The notes under the pieces are model-generated. The model did not search any database. It was not told the origin of the DNA and saw nothing but the letters and a program-made list of their open reading frames with translations. This document shows, piece after piece, positions 28,188 through 36,321 of a DNA stretch of 64,000 nucleotides. A program made the position numbers and the translations under genes. Origin of the DNA: Candidatus Nomurabacteria bacterium (GTDB lineage: Bacteria; Patescibacteriota; Minisyncoccia; Phycocordibacterales; UBA9973); assembly GCA_052035195.1 (NCBI GenBank), contig JBPOHU010000001.1, positions 13,713 to 77,712 on the forward strand. Direction: 5' to 3'. Numbering within the stretch: position 1 is the stretch's first letter; the number at the start of each line of letters is the position of its first letter.

Positions 28188-28916
28188 GTGAATACACTTC
28201 AAGAAGCAATCACAAAATACTCTCATTATTTTGAGGGTTTTCGTCGCAAGCTGGTTCTCCTGGTAAAGATTTTTGCTATTGTTTTTGTAATAGCATTTTT
28301 AAACGCTGGTCCTGTTATAAAAGTTTTGCTTAAGTACTTAACTATGAAAGGCGTTACTGTCGTTACTACTTCACCATTTCAACTAGTTGAGGTGGCTATG
28401 AGTATTGCTTTTTTCTTGGCTTGCGTAGTAATTATACCTATTTGTATTTATTATTTGTATTTATTTTTAAAACCAGCTCTTTTTAAAAAAGAACAGAGAC
28501 TTTTTTTGTTTTCATTGCCACTAGCTTTACTTTTATTCGCATTAGGTTTTTTATACAGTGTTATTATGCTTTATTACGCTGTTAGATTAATCGCTACGGT
28601 TAATGTAGCTTTGGGGGTTGCTAATTATTGGGATATAAGTACTTTTATTTATCAAATAGTCTTAACTTCAACACTTTTGGGCTTATTATTTATGTTTCCT
28701 TTGGTTATAACACTCTTAATAAAGATGGGGGCAACAACTGTTAGTTTTTTACGGTCTAAACGTAGGCATGCAATCGCTGTAATCTTTGTAATAGTCTCTT
28801 TACTTCCCCCAACCGATGGTTTATCATTAATATTAATGGCGGTGCCGTTGGTGTTAATTTATGAGATCACGGTCTTAATAAACAGAAAAAAACCGGGTCG
28901 TTTATTAGTAAACTAA
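28188..28916 (+). CDS. tatC: Sec-independent protein translocase TatC
   Basis: 242 aa with six predicted TM helices. N-terminal HYFEGFRRKLVLLV matches the TatC HLxELRxRLL start. Size and hydropathy are typical. Confidence 0.75.
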   Translation: MNTLQEAITKYSHYFEGFRRKLVLLVKIFAIVFVIAFLNAGPVIKVLLKYLTMKGVTVVTTSPFQLVEVAMSIAFFLACVVIIPICIYYLYLFLKPALFKKEQRLFLFSLPLALLLFALGFLYSVIMLYYAVRLIATVNVALGVANYWDISTFIYQIVLTSTLLGLLFMFPLVITLLIKMGATTVSFLRSKRRHAIAVIFVIVSLLPPTDGLSLILMAVPLVLIYEITVLINRKKPGRLLVN

Positions 28917-28931
28917 ATAGTGTATTCACCT

Positions 28932-29084
28932 ATGTTTGGATTAGGAACAAAAGAAATTATAATTATTGTTGTTGTCATTGTTTTACTTTTTGGATCAAAG
29001 AAGATTCCAGAACTTACAAAAAGTATCGCTGATGCAGTTCGCCACTTGTTTGGAGCTTTTAAAGACGCTGACACTAAAAAGTAG
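28932..29084 (+). CDS. tatA: Sec-independent translocase TatA/E (50 aa); not in ORF track
   Basis: MFGLGTKEIIIIVVVIVLLFGSKKIPELTKSIADAVRHLFGAFKDADTKK: N-terminal TM helix, FG-hinge and amphipathic helix typical of TatA. Confidence 0.7.
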   Translation: MFGLGTKEIIIIVVVIVLLFGSKKIPELTKSIADAVRHLFGAFKDADTKK

Positions 29085-29126
29085 TATCAAGCGTTTGTTT
29101 ATTATTTATATTTAGATAACATAATC

Positions 29127-29300
29127 ATGTTTGGATTAGGAACAAAAGAAATTATAATTATTGCGGTTGTCCTTATTTTGCTTTTTGGATCAAAGAAGAT
29201 TCCAGAACTCGCAAAGAATCTTGTTGAGGCTTTTAAAAATCTTACCGGTATTTTTAAGAGTTCAGAATCAAGTGCTTCTGAAAAAAATAATAAAAAATAG
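29127..29300 (+). CDS. tatA: Second TatA/E paralogue (57 aa); not in ORF track
   Basis: MFGLGTKEIIIIAVVLILLFGSKKIPELAKNLVEAFKNL.. has the same architecture. Tandem duplicate with a diverged C-terminus. Confidence 0.7.
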   Translation: MFGLGTKEIIIIAVVLILLFGSKKIPELAKNLVEAFKNLTGIFKSSESSASEKNNKK

Positions 29301-29361
29301 CCTTTTAGCTACTTTTTAGTAATTCTATGCTTAGCATAGTATTACTTTTTACAATATCTGT

Positions 29362-31794
29362 GTGAAAAGTAATCATTTTAAAAATACACCAATAATCAAG
29401 ACTGTTACCCTTAGCATTTTATTGTTCGGAGCTTTTTTTGCAACGAATGTCTTCGCAACTGACACTTATATCCCAGGTGAAAGTATAGTTATTGGCGAGT
29501 TTATCTACAATGATGACTATACCCCAACTACTGATGACTGTACGATATCAGTGTATTCACCAGCGGGCGTTTCTCTTGTTAGTGAGGTGACAATGACAGA
29601 TGATGCTACTGGTTGGCATAGTTATTCTTACGGCACTCCTTTAGTAGAAGGGAAATACCCTACATTTATTACATGTGGCTCGCTTATAGGAGGCGACCTT
29701 CTAAAACTAGACAAATCTTTCATACTTAAAGCTCCGGTTGTTACTGATGCCTCTATTGCCTCATCTGTTTGGAGTAGTGCCTCTAGAACTCTGACATCTT
29801 TCGGTTCTCTTGTTTCTGATATATGGAGCTATAGCACTAGAACACTCTCATCTTTTGGAACACTTGCTTCAGATATTTGGAATGATACCTTTGCTCCAAC
29901 TCGAACACTTACAAGTAAAAATATAGCCGGAGGAGGATCTTTCGCAACAGAGAGTTATATTGATGCCTCACAATCAACAATTGTTACAGAAATCCAAACA
30001 AATAGAACTCTTATAAATGCCCTTAATAACATATCAGCTGCAGACGTTTGGACTTATGGAACTCGATCAACAAACTCTGGTAGTGTAAGTATAAATAATG
30101 CTTCAGTTGATGCAATTTGGGACAAGGCTTCTTCTAGTCTTACAACAACAGGTAGTGTAGGTAAATTAATTGTCGACAACCTTGATGCTCAAGTTTCAAC
30201 AAGGGGAACAAGTACTCTTACAGCGGGAGATGTATGGGCATCTGCAACAAGAACTCTTTCTTCTAGCGGGGTAGACGCTGTTTCTGCGGGTGTATGGGCT
30301 AATGCTGGGCGAACTCTTACTAGTTATGGTAATGACATAACTGCCGCTGATGTATGGAATACATTATCTTCATCACTTACTACTGTAGGGTCTATAGGTG
30401 AACAATTAGCAACAAATTCTGATGCTAAAACATCAGATGTAATCACAGCTATTGGAGCACTAAATAATATATCAGCCACAGATGTTTGGACTGCTGGTAC
30501 TAGAACTCTTACCTCTGGTGTAGATATTTCAAATTCTTCAATTTCTGCTATTTGGGATAAAGCAACATCTTCTCTTTCTACTTCCGGTAGTATAGGTAAA
30601 CTTGTTGTCGACAATCTCGATGCTCAAGTTTCAAGTCGAGGAACAGGTAACAGTAGCCTAACTGCTGCTGACGTTTGGTCATCAGCAACCCGAACACTTT
30701 CTGATTATTCTACTTCTGCTGTTGCTACGGCTGTGTGGGCAAATGCCACAAGGACTCTAACAAGTTATGGTAATGATATTACTGCCGCTGATGTTTGGAA
30801 TGTACTTTCGTCAACATTAACTACAGTAGGATCTATCGGAGAACAGGTTAAAACAAATCTTGATGCACCGGTATCTGCTATTGGTGGCTCAACAAACTGG
30901 TCTGTAAAGATGAGTAATGTTGAAAGAGTACAAACAGGTTATACATATAGAACAAAGGTTTTTATTTTGGATTCTAGTGCATCTCCGACTGCTCCTTTTG
31001 CTACACCTACTGTGACTCTCTACGATGTAGATCGTAATGTAGTAGTTTCAAATGTGTCTATGAACCTAATAAGCACAGGTGTTTATGAGTATACATATTT
31101 AGTAAATAACTCTGCAGCACAAGGACTATGGGAAGCAGTTATTTCTTCACAAGTAGAAAGTGGTAAAACAATACAAACGAATGATTATTTTGAAATAGCT
31201 GGGTCTCCAGCTCAGGTGCTTATCAATTCGGTTAATGCAACTAGTCCGTCATCAATTAGTGCAAATGTAACGATAACAAATGAAGGCTTAACTGGTTATG
31301 AATACCAGTATGAGTGGTGTATTGTCTCAAATTTAAATAACGATTGTGGGGGTAACGATGATGCTTATTATGCTTCAGCAGCTAAGTATATAAATCCTGC
31401 TGAGGACTGGAATACAGTTCTCACTGGGTCAGTTACAAATGCTGGAACATATTATTTCAAACTCGTTGTATATTTCGGTACTGAGAGTTCAGGGTCTTCT
31501 AGAGTCTTCACTGTAAATGCCTCTAATACTGGAGGCGGGGGTGGTGGAGGAGGCGGTGGCGGAGGCGGAGGAGGTAACACTCCACCATCTCCTGTAACAG
31601 AAAACAAGTCTTGCAATGGTGCAGATTTTAATAAAAATGGAGTAGTAGACTCCACTGATTTCTCAATATTGTTATATTATTGGAAGACCTCACCGCCTTT
31701 TAAAAACCCTTGTGTTGACATAAACTTGGATAAAAAAGTTGATTCAATAGATTTTTCAATTATGCTCTTCCAGTGGGGTAAAAAACCATTATAA
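29362..31794 (+). CDS. Secreted repeat protein with C-terminal poly-Gly linker and dockerin domain
   Basis: Signal peptide. More than 15 copies of an (A/S)xDVW/IWxxxxRTLTSxG repeat. Gly15 tract. C-terminal pair of Ca-binding dockerin segments DFNKNGVVDSTDFSILL and DINLDKKVDSIDFSIML. Confidence 0.6.
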   Translation: MKSNHFKNTPIIKTVTLSILLFGAFFATNVFATDTYIPGESIVIGEFIYNDDYTPTTDDCTISVYSPAGVSLVSEVTMTDDATGWHSYSYGTPLVEGKYPTFITCGSLIGGDLLKLDKSFILKAPVVTDASIASSVWSSASRTLTSFGSLVSDIWSYSTRTLSSFGTLASDIWNDTFAPTRTLTSKNIAGGGSFATESYIDASQSTIVTEIQTNRTLINALNNISAADVWTYGTRSTNSGSVSINNASVDAIWDKASSSLTTTGSVGKLIVDNLDAQVSTRGTSTLTAGDVWASATRTLSSSGVDAVSAGVWANAGRTLTSYGNDITAADVWNTLSSSLTTVGSIGEQLATNSDAKTSDVITAIGALNNISATDVWTAGTRTLTSGVDISNSSISAIWDKATSSLSTSGSIGKLVVDNLDAQVSSRGTGNSSLTAADVWSSATRTLSDYSTSAVATAVWANATRTLTSYGNDITAADVWNVLSSTLTTVGSIGEQVKTNLDAPVSAIGGSTNWSVKMSNVERVQTGYTYRTKVFILDSSASPTAPFATPTVTLYDVDRNVVVSNVSMNLISTGVYEYTYLVNNSAAQGLWEAVISSQVESGKTIQTNDYFEIAGSPAQVLINSVNATSPSSISANVTITNEGLTGYEYQYEWCIVSNLNNDCGGNDDAYYASAAKYINPAEDWNTVLTGSVTNAGTYYFKLVVYFGTESSGSSRVFTVNASNTGGGGGGGGGGGGGGGNTPPSPVTENKSCNGADFNKNGVVDSTDFSILLYYWKTSPPFKNPCVDINLDKKVDSIDFSIMLFQWGKKPL
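31531..31575 (+). repeat. GGN codon repeat encoding a 15-residue poly-glycine linker
   Basis: ggaggcgggggtggtggaggaggcggtggcggaggcggaggaggt. Confidence 0.7.
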
Positions 31795-31805
31795 AATATA
31801 AAAAA

Positions 31806-32714
31806 ATGAAATACCAAAATTTTTTCCCAGCCTTTATTCTATTTTTAACAACTTTTTTGTTTGTTGTTATTTTATTACCTCAAAGTAGTTACGCCGCTTA
31901 CATTAATGCTTCTGCTGAAAGTAGTATTTCTGCTGGAGATATTAGTATTATAAATATCTATTTAAATACTGAAGGCCAAGAAATCAACTCTCTCGAAGGA
32001 ACGATATCACTTTCAGACAATCGTGATAGTAATTTTGAGGTTAAAGACATTTCTCTTGTTAATTCAGTATTTAGTATGTGGCCACGCAAACCTTCTTTAA
32101 CCACGGGGCATAATATTACGTTTATCGGCGGGGTACCTGGTGGTGTAAAAGGTGACAGACTTTTAATCTTCTCAGCTTTTGTAAAAATAAATAGTCCAGG
32201 TAGTTTTGTTATAAGTCCAAGAGTAATCACTGCTTATAAAAATGATGGTTTAGCAACGGCTATTTCAATCACCAAAGACATTTCAACTATTAATGTTAGT
32301 TCTGCGGGTTCTTCACAAAAGAACGCTTTAGAGGAAGTTATTTCAAACGATAACATAGCCCCAGACCCTTTTAATGTAAGCCTTATAAAAGACCCAAACC
32401 TTTATGACAATAAAAAGTTTATTAATTTTGAAACAAATGATGGGCAATCAGGAATAAGTCATTATGAAGTAAGAGAGGGGAGTTACCCAGCTGTTAGAAG
32501 TGGTACTTCTTATATTCTTGTTGATCAAAACAAAAAAGCTAATGTCGTTGTTACTGCATATGATAAGGCTGGAAATTTTCAAGTTGTTAGCTTCAAAGAA
32601 AAACAACCTATTCGCTGGTTAACTGTCTTTACTTCTGTCATAATTATATTAGTAATAAATAAAATAGTTAAAAATAAAATTAAAAGAAGAAGCAATGCAA
32701 AAATACTGCAATAG
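31806..32714 (+). CDS. Membrane-anchored cohesin-like domain protein (signal peptide, cohesin-like beta-sandwich, Ig-like domain, C-terminal TM)
   Basis: Cohesin-like pattern SAGDISIINIYLNTEGQEINSLEGTISLSDN..FEVKDISLVNSVF..GDRLLIFSAFVKINSPGSF. Ig-like domain ending VVVTAYDKAGNFQVV. C-terminal TM plus basic tail. Confidence 0.5.
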   Translation: MKYQNFFPAFILFLTTFLFVVILLPQSSYAAYINASAESSISAGDISIINIYLNTEGQEINSLEGTISLSDNRDSNFEVKDISLVNSVFSMWPRKPSLTTGHNITFIGGVPGGVKGDRLLIFSAFVKINSPGSFVISPRVITAYKNDGLATAISITKDISTINVSSAGSSQKNALEEVISNDNIAPDPFNVSLIKDPNLYDNKKFINFETNDGQSGISHYEVREGSYPAVRSGTSYILVDQNKKANVVVTAYDKAGNFQVVSFKEKQPIRWLTVFTSVIIILVINKIVKNKIKRRSNAKILQ

Positions 32715-34410
32715 TTTAAGTTTTCTAAAAAGAATATCTGTTCTGATATTTATTTTTTGTATTTTATTGCCTATAAATAAAGTTGAGGCTGCTACTCTTT
32801 CTTTTTCTCCGAGCTCTACAACTGTTTCTGAAGGAAATATTGTTTCAATAAAAGTTGTAACAAATACTCTCGGCAAGTCAGTTAATAATGCAGAAGCTAC
32901 AATACAGTTTCCAACTGATTTACTCGAGGTTGTATCTGTTAATAAGAGCAATTCAATTTTTTCTTTGTGGGTGGAAGAACCTAAATTTTCTAACGCAGCA
33001 GGTACAGTATCGTTTAATGGTGGAGTTTCAAACCCAGGGTATACAGGTAGTAACGGCACGCTTGCTACTATTACCTTTAAAGCAAAGAAATCAGGCGTAG
33101 CCACCGTACTTTTTGCTGATGCAGCTGTCAGAGAAAACGATGGGCTAGGTACTGACATTATCTCTGGTAGGGGTACAAGTGTGATTCAGATTGGTAATCC
33201 AAAAGAAACTGAAACTCCAACTCCTGCCACTCCTACAACTACTACAAAATCTGTTAAGCCTATTGTGACTTCTGATACACATCCAGACCAAAACACATGG
33301 TATTCAAATAGCACCGCGTCTTTCAATTGGAAAACTCCTTCTGGTGTTAATTCTGTTCAAGCTTTTACAAACAGAATTCCAGAATCAGTTCCGACCACTA
33401 CTTATGATAGCTCTGTTACCCAAAAAACACTGACAGAACTTCCTGACGGCACTTTTTATTTCCATATTAGATATTCCGGCTCAAATGGTTGGGGTCCTAT
33501 AACTCACTACAAAATAAAAGTTGATACCAAGGCCCCAGAGGCTTTCACACCAACAATTAAAACCGTTGGCAATCAAAGTATTATTGAATTAAAAGCTGAA
33601 GACTTAACTTCTGGTATAGATTATTACACTCTAAAAATAGATGAAGGTGATATTTTAAACATCAAAAAAGACGATTTAATAAATTCTGAGTACATTCTCC
33701 CTGTTCTAGCTCAAGGAGATCATGTTGTAACTGTTGTAGCTTATGATAAAGCAGGTAACCATACAGAAGCTACCACAAACTTTACTAGCTCTTTTATTAC
33801 CCCTCCTTCAATATCTCTAAGTTCTTCAGAAGTTAAAAAAGGAGATCCAGTAATTATTTTTGGTAAAAGTGATTATCCAAACAAACAAGTTGAAATAATT
33901 TTTGAACTATCTGGAATACAAATCAAAAAATACATAGGAACAACTTCTGATGACGGCTCTTTCTCAGTAACTGTCGAAAATGTTAGAAAAGTTGGACTTA
34001 TAAAAGTATCAGCAAAAAATATTTTATCTGATTCAGTAAAAAGCCAAGCTTCTGAAAGTCTAGATTTGAGAGTTCTCAAGAGTGATTTTGCCAAAGTCAC
34101 AGTGACATTATTCTGGGTAGTTTTGGCAGTCGCCTTATTAGTACTATTGTTGATAGTTTTGTACATTGGTTGGTACAAGTTCTTGTCACTCAAAAAGAAA
34201 AATAAATCAAAATTACAAAATGCAATAGAAGATGCCCATAGAGCAGTGGTTCTTTTGAAAGAGGAGCTAAATGATCAGCTTGCAGAACTCGAAAAGGTTC
34301 GTGTTGATAGAGAATTAAATAAAAATGAAGAAATGGTATTTAAAGAAATTCAAAAAAATGTAGATGACGTAGATAAGTTTATTGAAAAGAAACTCAAAAA
34401 GTTACTTTAG
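32695..34410 (+). CDS. Membrane-anchored cohesin-like domain protein, second paralogue, with Ig-like domains and cytoplasmic coiled-coil tail
   Basis: N-terminal signal/TM. Cohesin-like VSEGNIVSIKVVTNTLGKSVNNAEATIQFPTDLLEVVSV..GTLATITFKAKKSGVATVLF. Thr/Pro linker. Ig-like domain ending VVTVVAYDKAGNHTEA. TM helix LFWVVLAVALLVLLLIVLYIGWY and a charged coiled-coil C-terminus. Confidence 0.5.
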   Translation: MQKYCNSLSFLKRISVLIFIFCILLPINKVEAATLSFSPSSTTVSEGNIVSIKVVTNTLGKSVNNAEATIQFPTDLLEVVSVNKSNSIFSLWVEEPKFSNAAGTVSFNGGVSNPGYTGSNGTLATITFKAKKSGVATVLFADAAVRENDGLGTDIISGRGTSVIQIGNPKETETPTPATPTTTTKSVKPIVTSDTHPDQNTWYSNSTASFNWKTPSGVNSVQAFTNRIPESVPTTTYDSSVTQKTLTELPDGTFYFHIRYSGSNGWGPITHYKIKVDTKAPEAFTPTIKTVGNQSIIELKAEDLTSGIDYYTLKIDEGDILNIKKDDLINSEYILPVLAQGDHVVTVVAYDKAGNHTEATTNFTSSFITPPSISLSSSEVKKGDPVIIFGKSDYPNKQVEIIFELSGIQIKKYIGTTSDDGSFSVTVENVRKVGLIKVSAKNILSDSVKSQASESLDLRVLKSDFAKVTVTLFWVVLAVALLVLLLIVLYIGWYKFLSLKKKNKSKLQNAIEDAHRAVVLLKEELNDQLAELEKVRVDRELNKNEEMVFKEIQKNVDDVDKFIEKKLKKLL

Positions 34411-34442
34411 ATGACTTTTTAGGCTTATTTTGATATAGTGTT

Positions 34443-35450
34443 TTGACTATGGGACTATCTATCGGAATTGTTGGACTACCAAATGTAGGGAAATCAACCC
34501 TCTTTAATGCACTTACTAAAAAGGGTGTACCAGCTGAAAACTACCCTTTTTGTACTATTGATCCATCTGTCGGTATTGTGCCTGTGCCAGATGAAAGACT
34601 TTATAAGCTCGCTGATTTCTCAAAGACAGAGCGTACTATTCCTGCAGCTATAGAGTTTGTAGATATTGCAGGCCTTGTTGCTGGGGCTAGTAAGGGAGAA
34701 GGTTTGGGAAATAAATTCCTCGCAAATATCAGGGAGACTGACGCAATACTTCATATGGTGCGCGTTTTTGAAGACAAGGACGTTATACACGTAGCAAATA
34801 AGGTTGATCCACTATTTGATATCGGTGTTATCAATCTAGAGCTTATTTTGGCTGATTTAGAGACTGTTAATAAACGACTTGAAACAAATGCCAAAGATCA
34901 AAAGCGCGGAGTAAAAGAAGCCGTCATACTCCACGAGGCTTTGGAGAAAATAAAAACTGCGCTCGAAAATGAAGTTATGGCTCATACTGTATCACTCGAA
35001 GATATAGAGAAGCCTCTTGTTGCTCAGCTTAATCTACTGACCATGAAGCCTATGCTTTATGCACTCAACACTTCTTCTGCTAGTGAAAATAAAATACAAG
35101 ATGTTATAAAAGAATTACCTGGTCCATATGTAGAGATAGACCCTGTCTTTGAGACAGGTTTTGATGAAATGATAAAAGCTTGTTATAAGCTTTTGAACCT
35201 TGAGACGTATTTTACTACTGGGGTACAAGAGACTCGTGCTTGGACTATTAAGATAGGTAGTACTGCTCCTATTGCAGGTACCGCTATACATACTGATTTT
35301 AAAGATAAATTCATCCGTGCTGAGGTTGTATTTTGGAAAGACCTACTTGACGCTGGAAGCTATGCTGAAGCGCGTAATAAGGGCCTTGTAAGAACAGAAG
35401 GGAAGGAATACATAGTCAAAGACGGGGATGTGATAGAGTTCAGAATCTAG
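34443..35450 (+). CDS. ychF: Ribosome-binding ATPase YchF (Obg-family GTPase)
   Basis: G1 GIVGLPNVGKSTLFNAL, G2/G3 YPFCTIDP and DIAGLV, and a TGS-like C-terminus (YIVKDGDVIEFR). Confidence 0.9.
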   Translation: MTMGLSIGIVGLPNVGKSTLFNALTKKGVPAENYPFCTIDPSVGIVPVPDERLYKLADFSKTERTIPAAIEFVDIAGLVAGASKGEGLGNKFLANIRETDAILHMVRVFEDKDVIHVANKVDPLFDIGVINLELILADLETVNKRLETNAKDQKRGVKEAVILHEALEKIKTALENEVMAHTVSLEDIEKPLVAQLNLLTMKPMLYALNTSSASENKIQDVIKELPGPYVEIDPVFETGFDEMIKACYKLLNLETYFTTGVQETRAWTIKIGSTAPIAGTAIHTDFKDKFIRAEVVFWKDLLDAGSYAEARNKGLVRTEGKEYIVKDGDVIEFRI

Positions 35451-35584
35451 GAAAATAAAAAAATCCCCGAATCAGCCTAAGCTTCTTCAGGGACTCTTAT
35501 TATAGCATATTTGTATACAAAATAGCAGATTATCTATATTTGTCAAGTAGAAAAATGGAAGTGTTATTAAGTTTAGAATATAGC

Positions 35585-35613
35585 TTGACTTTGACATAAA
35601 AAGGTGCTATAAT
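35585..35613 (+). promoter_or_regulatory. Near-consensus sigma-70 promoter (TTGACT-17-TATAAT)
   Basis: TTGACT at 35585-35590 and TATAAT at 35608-35613. Drives a 48-aa small membrane ORF. Confidence 0.5.
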
Positions 35614-35639
35614 GTATTTAAATCAAATCCTTAATAGTT

Positions 35640-35786
35640 ATGAAGAATATTATTTTTAACCAAGAAGGCAAGCTTACAAAGTTTGCATTTTGGACTACGG
35701 TTTTAGTAATAGTTGCTGCTATTTATTTCCTTTTAGGAGGTGCCTTAGGCGCTCTTCAGGAAGGAGTACCTATCAGAGCAAAATAA
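35640..35786 (+). CDS. Small (48 aa) single-TM protein, hypothetical
   Basis: MKNIIFNQEGKLTKFAFWTTVLVIVAAIYFLLGGALGALQEGVPIRAK. Consensus promoter upstream, terminator downstream. Confidence 0.3.
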   Translation: MKNIIFNQEGKLTKFAFWTTVLVIVAAIYFLLGGALGALQEGVPIRAK

Positions 35787-35797
35787 AAAAATAAAAC

Positions 35798-35828
35798 ACC
35801 CCGGATTAATTCCGGGGTTATTTTTTTA
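35798..35828. terminator. Bidirectional intrinsic terminator
   Basis: CCCCGGA-TTAAT-TCCGGGG hairpin flanked by A-run and T-run. The stop codon of the minus-strand DUF1003 gene abuts the stem. Confidence 0.6.
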
Positions 35829-36321
35829 ATTGCTCTATTTCTTTTTGAAGCTGTGTCAGGATAGTTTGGATAGCAGATATAGCATTGGCTTCTTTGGCCT
35901 CTATTTTTTGGTCTTCGGTGCTGTCTTCTTCGATATCTTCAATGTCTTCTTGAATCTCATCCACATCTTTCTGAATCTCATCCACATCTTTTTCAATCTC
36001 TTCAACACCTTCCTCAATCTCCTCAATATCTTCTTGGATTTCTTCCACGTCTTCTTGAATGATTTCGATGTCTTTGGTGTTTTTGTTAACTGACATTTGT
36101 ATAAAGATAGCTAGATATATTGCTTCGAGAGATAGAAGGGTAGTTAGTACTAGTAACACTCTTTCAAGGCTAATACCAAAAAGAGGAAGACTAAAAGCTC
36201 CTAAAAATAAAATAGTGTGGACTATTAAGCTACGAGTAGAGCCTATCCAGCGCGTAGCTTTGTCAGCACTTTTTTCTAATAAGGCAATATTTTGATATAA
36301 TAAAATATATGGAAAAAACAC
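35818..36321 (-). CDS. DUF1003-like two-TM membrane protein with acidic heptad-repeat N-terminal region
   Basis: TM pair plus LEAIYLAIFIQMSVNKNTKD resembles DUF1003. Acidic repeats EDVEEIQEDIEEIEEGVEEIEKDVDEIQKDVDEIQEDIEDIEED. Confidence 0.5.
   Translation of the reverse strand: MFFPYILLYQNIALLEKSADKATRWIGSTRSLIVHTILFLGAFSLPLFGISLERVLLVLTTLLSLEAIYLAIFIQMSVNKNTKDIEIIQEDVEEIQEDIEEIEEGVEEIEKDVDEIQKDVDEIQEDIEDIEEDSTEDQKIEAKEANAISAIQTILTQLQKEIEQLKK
35926..36078. repeat. About eight tandem 21-nt repeats encoding the acidic heptads of the DUF1003 gene
   Basis: gaatctcatccacatctttct / gaatctcatccacatctttttc / aatctcttcaacaccttcctc and further related units. Confidence 0.6.

Noticed and set aside
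31531-31575. Poly-G tract as a homopolymeric phase-variation switch
   Set aside because: It is a mixed GGN codon run (gga/ggc/ggg/ggt), not a mononucleotide repeat, and it stays in frame. Length variation is possible, but on/off slippage is unlikely.
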